A stretch of DNA of 22,496 nucleotides from an uncultured Gammaproteobacteria bacterium (lineage in GTDB: Bacteria; Patescibacteriota; Microgenomatia; Daviesbacterales; UBA10151), in NCBI GenBank assembly GCA_964522265.1, contig CAZFVS010000005.1, forward strand, positions 1 to 22,496, written 5' to 3'. The notes beneath the pieces were generated by a model. That model made no database searches, was not told the origin of the DNA, and saw only the letters and a program-made list of their open reading frames with translations. Of the stretch, positions 20,401-22,496 are shown one piece after another. The number at the start of each line of letters is the position of its first letter. Position 1 is the stretch's first letter. Made by a program: the position numbers and the translations under genes.

Positions 20401-21783
20401 ATGACACCTTTTAAAAAAGCACTTTTATCCTTTCGGGTAGCTTCACTTTTTATTAAAAGACGGGTTAAGTGGTTAAGTTTTGCAGCAATTTTGCTTATCT
20501 TGATTGCGGGGGTTTTTCTAATTTTTAAGGATGAATTACTAAAACAGTTTATTTCAGAAGGTTTAGTCGGTACTTATACAGAGGATGATCTGCCGCCGGT
20601 TGTTGTAAATCTTTTGTCGCAAAGCCTGGTTGTTGTAAATACTAAAGGTATGGCGGAGGGAAGCGTCGCATCGTCGTGGCAGACTAATAACGATGCCACT
20701 ATTTATACTGTAAAACTTAGAGACAATTTATACTGGTCTGACGGAACCAAATTACGCGCTGCAGACATTGATTTTTCCTTACCCGATGTCGGGATACGGG
20801 TTATTGACGACACTACCGTAGAGTTTAAACTTACCGACTCATTTAGCCCATTTCCGTTACTGCTGACCAAGCCAGTCATCAGGAAAGGGAGTCATACGGG
20901 TTTGGGTCCATATCAGATTAAAAATATTCAAAAGGATAAAATTTTTGTTAAAAAACTGACCCTTCACTCTGCTGAAAAAAATATGCCAAATATAATAATC
21001 AGGTTTTACCCTAATGAAAAAATTGCCAGGAGCGCACTCAAAGTTGGTGAAGTTCAAGCTTTACTGGGTGTTTCAGAGTTTGGGGGTTTGGATAGTGAGA
21101 AAACCCTAAAAGAGATGTCCAAACCTAACTTCCAACAACTGGTTACTATTTATTACAACACAAAGGATTCGCTGCTCTCAGATGAGAATTTAAGAATTGC
21201 TTTAAGCTTTCAGGCCCCAACTATTTCCGGAGAAGTTGAAGCTAAAACATTTATTCCTCCGGCTTCTTGGGCATTCAATGCTGAGGTTAGAGATTACCTT
21301 GATAATAATGAACAAGCTAAATTAAGTTTAAAAAAGGTTGGAAAGCTTGATAAAATCACCTTAACTGCGACTTCATCATTAAAAAGCGTTGGCGAAAAGG
21401 TAATAGAAGCATGGAAAAAATTAGGAGTTGACGCCGTACTTCGGGTTGAAAGCGGTATCCCCCAAAACTTCCAGGCACTTTTAATTGCACAGAATATTCC
21501 GCTAGATCCGGATCAATATTCCCTTTGGCATTCAACCCAAACCCAAACCAACCTGACGAAATATTCTTCTCCAAGAGTTGACAAAGACCTTGAGGATGGC
21601 AGGAAAAGTGCAGATATGGAGGTACGGAAACTGAAATATAAGGATTTGCAAAAGATTATTTTGGACCATGCCCCCGCAACTTTCCTGTATTTTCCTAAAT
21701 ATAATATCGTTTATAGAAAAAAAATTGAATCAATGCTTACAAAAGTCATAAAAATACAACTACCGCAACTTTTTAAAGAATGA
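20401..21783 (+). CDS. family-5 (peptide/nickel-type) ABC substrate-binding protein-like, N-terminal TM anchor
   Basis: YTVKLRDNLYWSDGTKLRAADIDFSL is the SBP_bac_5 hallmark block. The ATG directly follows the secG stop. No permease or ATPase genes are adjacent. Confidence 0.7.
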   Translation: MTPFKKALLSFRVASLFIKRRVKWLSFAAILLILIAGVFLIFKDELLKQFISEGLVGTYTEDDLPPVVVNLLSQSLVVVNTKGMAEGSVASSWQTNNDATIYTVKLRDNLYWSDGTKLRAADIDFSLPDVGIRVIDDTTVEFKLTDSFSPFPLLLTKPVIRKGSHTGLGPYQIKNIQKDKIFVKKLTLHSAEKNMPNIIIRFYPNEKIARSALKVGEVQALLGVSEFGGLDSEKTLKEMSKPNFQQLVTIYYNTKDSLLSDENLRIALSFQAPTISGEVEAKTFIPPASWAFNAEVRDYLDNNEQAKLSLKKVGKLDKITLTATSSLKSVGEKVIEAWKKLGVDAVLRVESGIPQNFQALLIAQNIPLDPDQYSLWHSTQTQTNLTKYSSPRVDKDLEDGRKSADMEVRKLKYKDLQKIILDHAPATFLYFPKYNIVYRKKIESMLTKVIKIQLPQLFKE

Positions 21784-21788
21784 TTTTT

Positions 21789-22496
21789 TCATCTATCTCT
21801 TTTGACTAAAAAGTCGGTTAGCTCCTGCAAAAGGATTTGTTGGCTGGCATCCCCGGTGATAGACGGAATGATTTTTTTGGCAGCTGTGTCATAATTTAAA
21901 GCTTTATTTTCGGAGTATTCCAATGCCCCGCAGCTGATAAATATTTTCCTGATCTCCAAAAAGTTTTTACTGCTGATTTTGCCTGTGCCGTAATATTTTT
22001 TTAAAAAACTTTTCTGCTTTCTGTTGGCATTGTATATTGCATATACATATAAAAGAGTGCTTTTCCCTTCCTCTATATCTGAGGTTACGGATTTCCCTAA
22101 AATTTTCTCATCCCCAAACACCCCTAAAATATCATCCTTTATCTGGTAAGCTATTCCCAGGTTTTGTCCGAAATGTTCAAAGTTTTTTAATAAATTTGCG
22201 GAAGCCCCTCCCAGTATTGCACCAACAAGCATAGGACCAGAAATTGAATATTTTGCAGTTTTCAGATCATAGATATCAATTATCTCTTTTTCTTGGGGGT
22301 GTTTTTGCCGGGGTATCATAACATCAAGCATCTGCCCAAATGCGGTATTGATACATGTTGCATTAAATATAGCGATAGCCTTATTCTTCCTGCCGGCATT
22401 AAAACTACTCGAATTTAAAAGTTCTGTCGCTAAAAATATTCCAAAATCACCAAGGCAGATAGCTTGTGAAATGCCGTAATGGTTTCCTCCCAAACT
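21789..22496 (-). CDS. polyprenyl (isoprenyl diphosphate) synthase, partial; the N-terminus lies beyond the window
   Basis: Second Asp-rich motif in AYQIKDDILGVFGDEKILGKSVTSDIEEGKSTLL. The frame is open to the window edge, so the M at 22493 is not a real start. Confidence 0.85.
   Translation of the reverse strand, partial: SLGGNHYGISQAICLGDFGIFLATELLNSSSFNAGRKNKAIAIFNATCINTAFGQMLDVMIPRQKHPQEKEIIDIYDLKTAKYSISGPMLVGAILGGASANLLKNFEHFGQNLGIAYQIKDDILGVFGDEKILGKSVTSDIEEGKSTLLYVYAIYNANRKQKSFLKKYYGTGKISSKNFLEIRKIFISCGALEYSENKALNYDTAAKKIIPSITGDASQQILLQELTDFLVKRDR

Noticed and set aside
1-22496. Alternative genetic code (UGA recoded, as in some CPR lineages), or mobile-element, prophage or CRISPR content.
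   Set aside because: Conserved genes end at TGA where expected (for example the transglutaminase-like and holin-family genes), with no read-through homology. I saw no integrase, transposase, reverse transcriptase, cas gene, terminal inverted repeats or direct-repeat arrays on either strand.

Overview
This is an AT-rich bacterial chromosomal window using the standard genetic code (TGA, TAA and TAG all end conserved genes). It is densely packed with short intergenic regions. The gene content (trimmed housekeeping proteins, membrane-anchored substrate-binding proteins, many orphan genes) suggests a small-genome Patescibacteria/CPR-like organism, but that is inference only. I support about 24 CDS and found no rRNA, tRNA, CRISPR array, transposase or integrase. 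All product calls come from motifs read by eye; no searches were run.

Recognisable genes:
- DNA repair and SOS: lexA, and a clustered nucleotide-excision-repair set in the order uvrB, uvrA, a secreted transglutaminase-like protein, then uvrC.
- Signalling: an operon of a PF04392-type substrate-binding protein, a dCache/HAMP/PAS histidine kinase and a receiver-only response regulator; also an RpoD-like sigma factor.
- Other: a GH57 glycoside hydrolase, a nucleoside 2-deoxyribosyltransferase-like protein, a PF04020 holin-family membrane protein, secG, a family-5 substrate-binding protein, and a partial polyprenyl synthetase.

Observations worth a second look:
1. Three GC-rich, perfectly or nearly palindromic segments sit in frame inside uvrB (two) and uvrA (one), at positions where E. 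coli orthologues have short loops. This resembles the in-frame Rickettsia palindromic elements.
2. Almost every transcription-unit start has a -10-like or extended -10 element 6-13 nt upstream of the start codon, and there is almost no Shine-Dalgarno signal. Four of these also have a TTGAC(A/T) -35 at 17-18 nt, which suggests pervasive leaderless or near-leaderless expression.
3. An orphan cassette combines a regulator with an OmpR-type winged helix and a degenerate P-loop, transcribed divergently from two possibly paralogous ~195-aa proteins.
4. lexA is co-transcribed with an orphan coiled-coil protein, and no canonical SOS box is visible.
5. The RpoD-like sigma factor lacks the invariant Trp dyad.
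6. A duplicated stem-loop with a compensatory base-pair change lies between the substrate-binding protein gene and the kinase gene.
7. UvrC lacks the C-terminal (HhH)2 domain.
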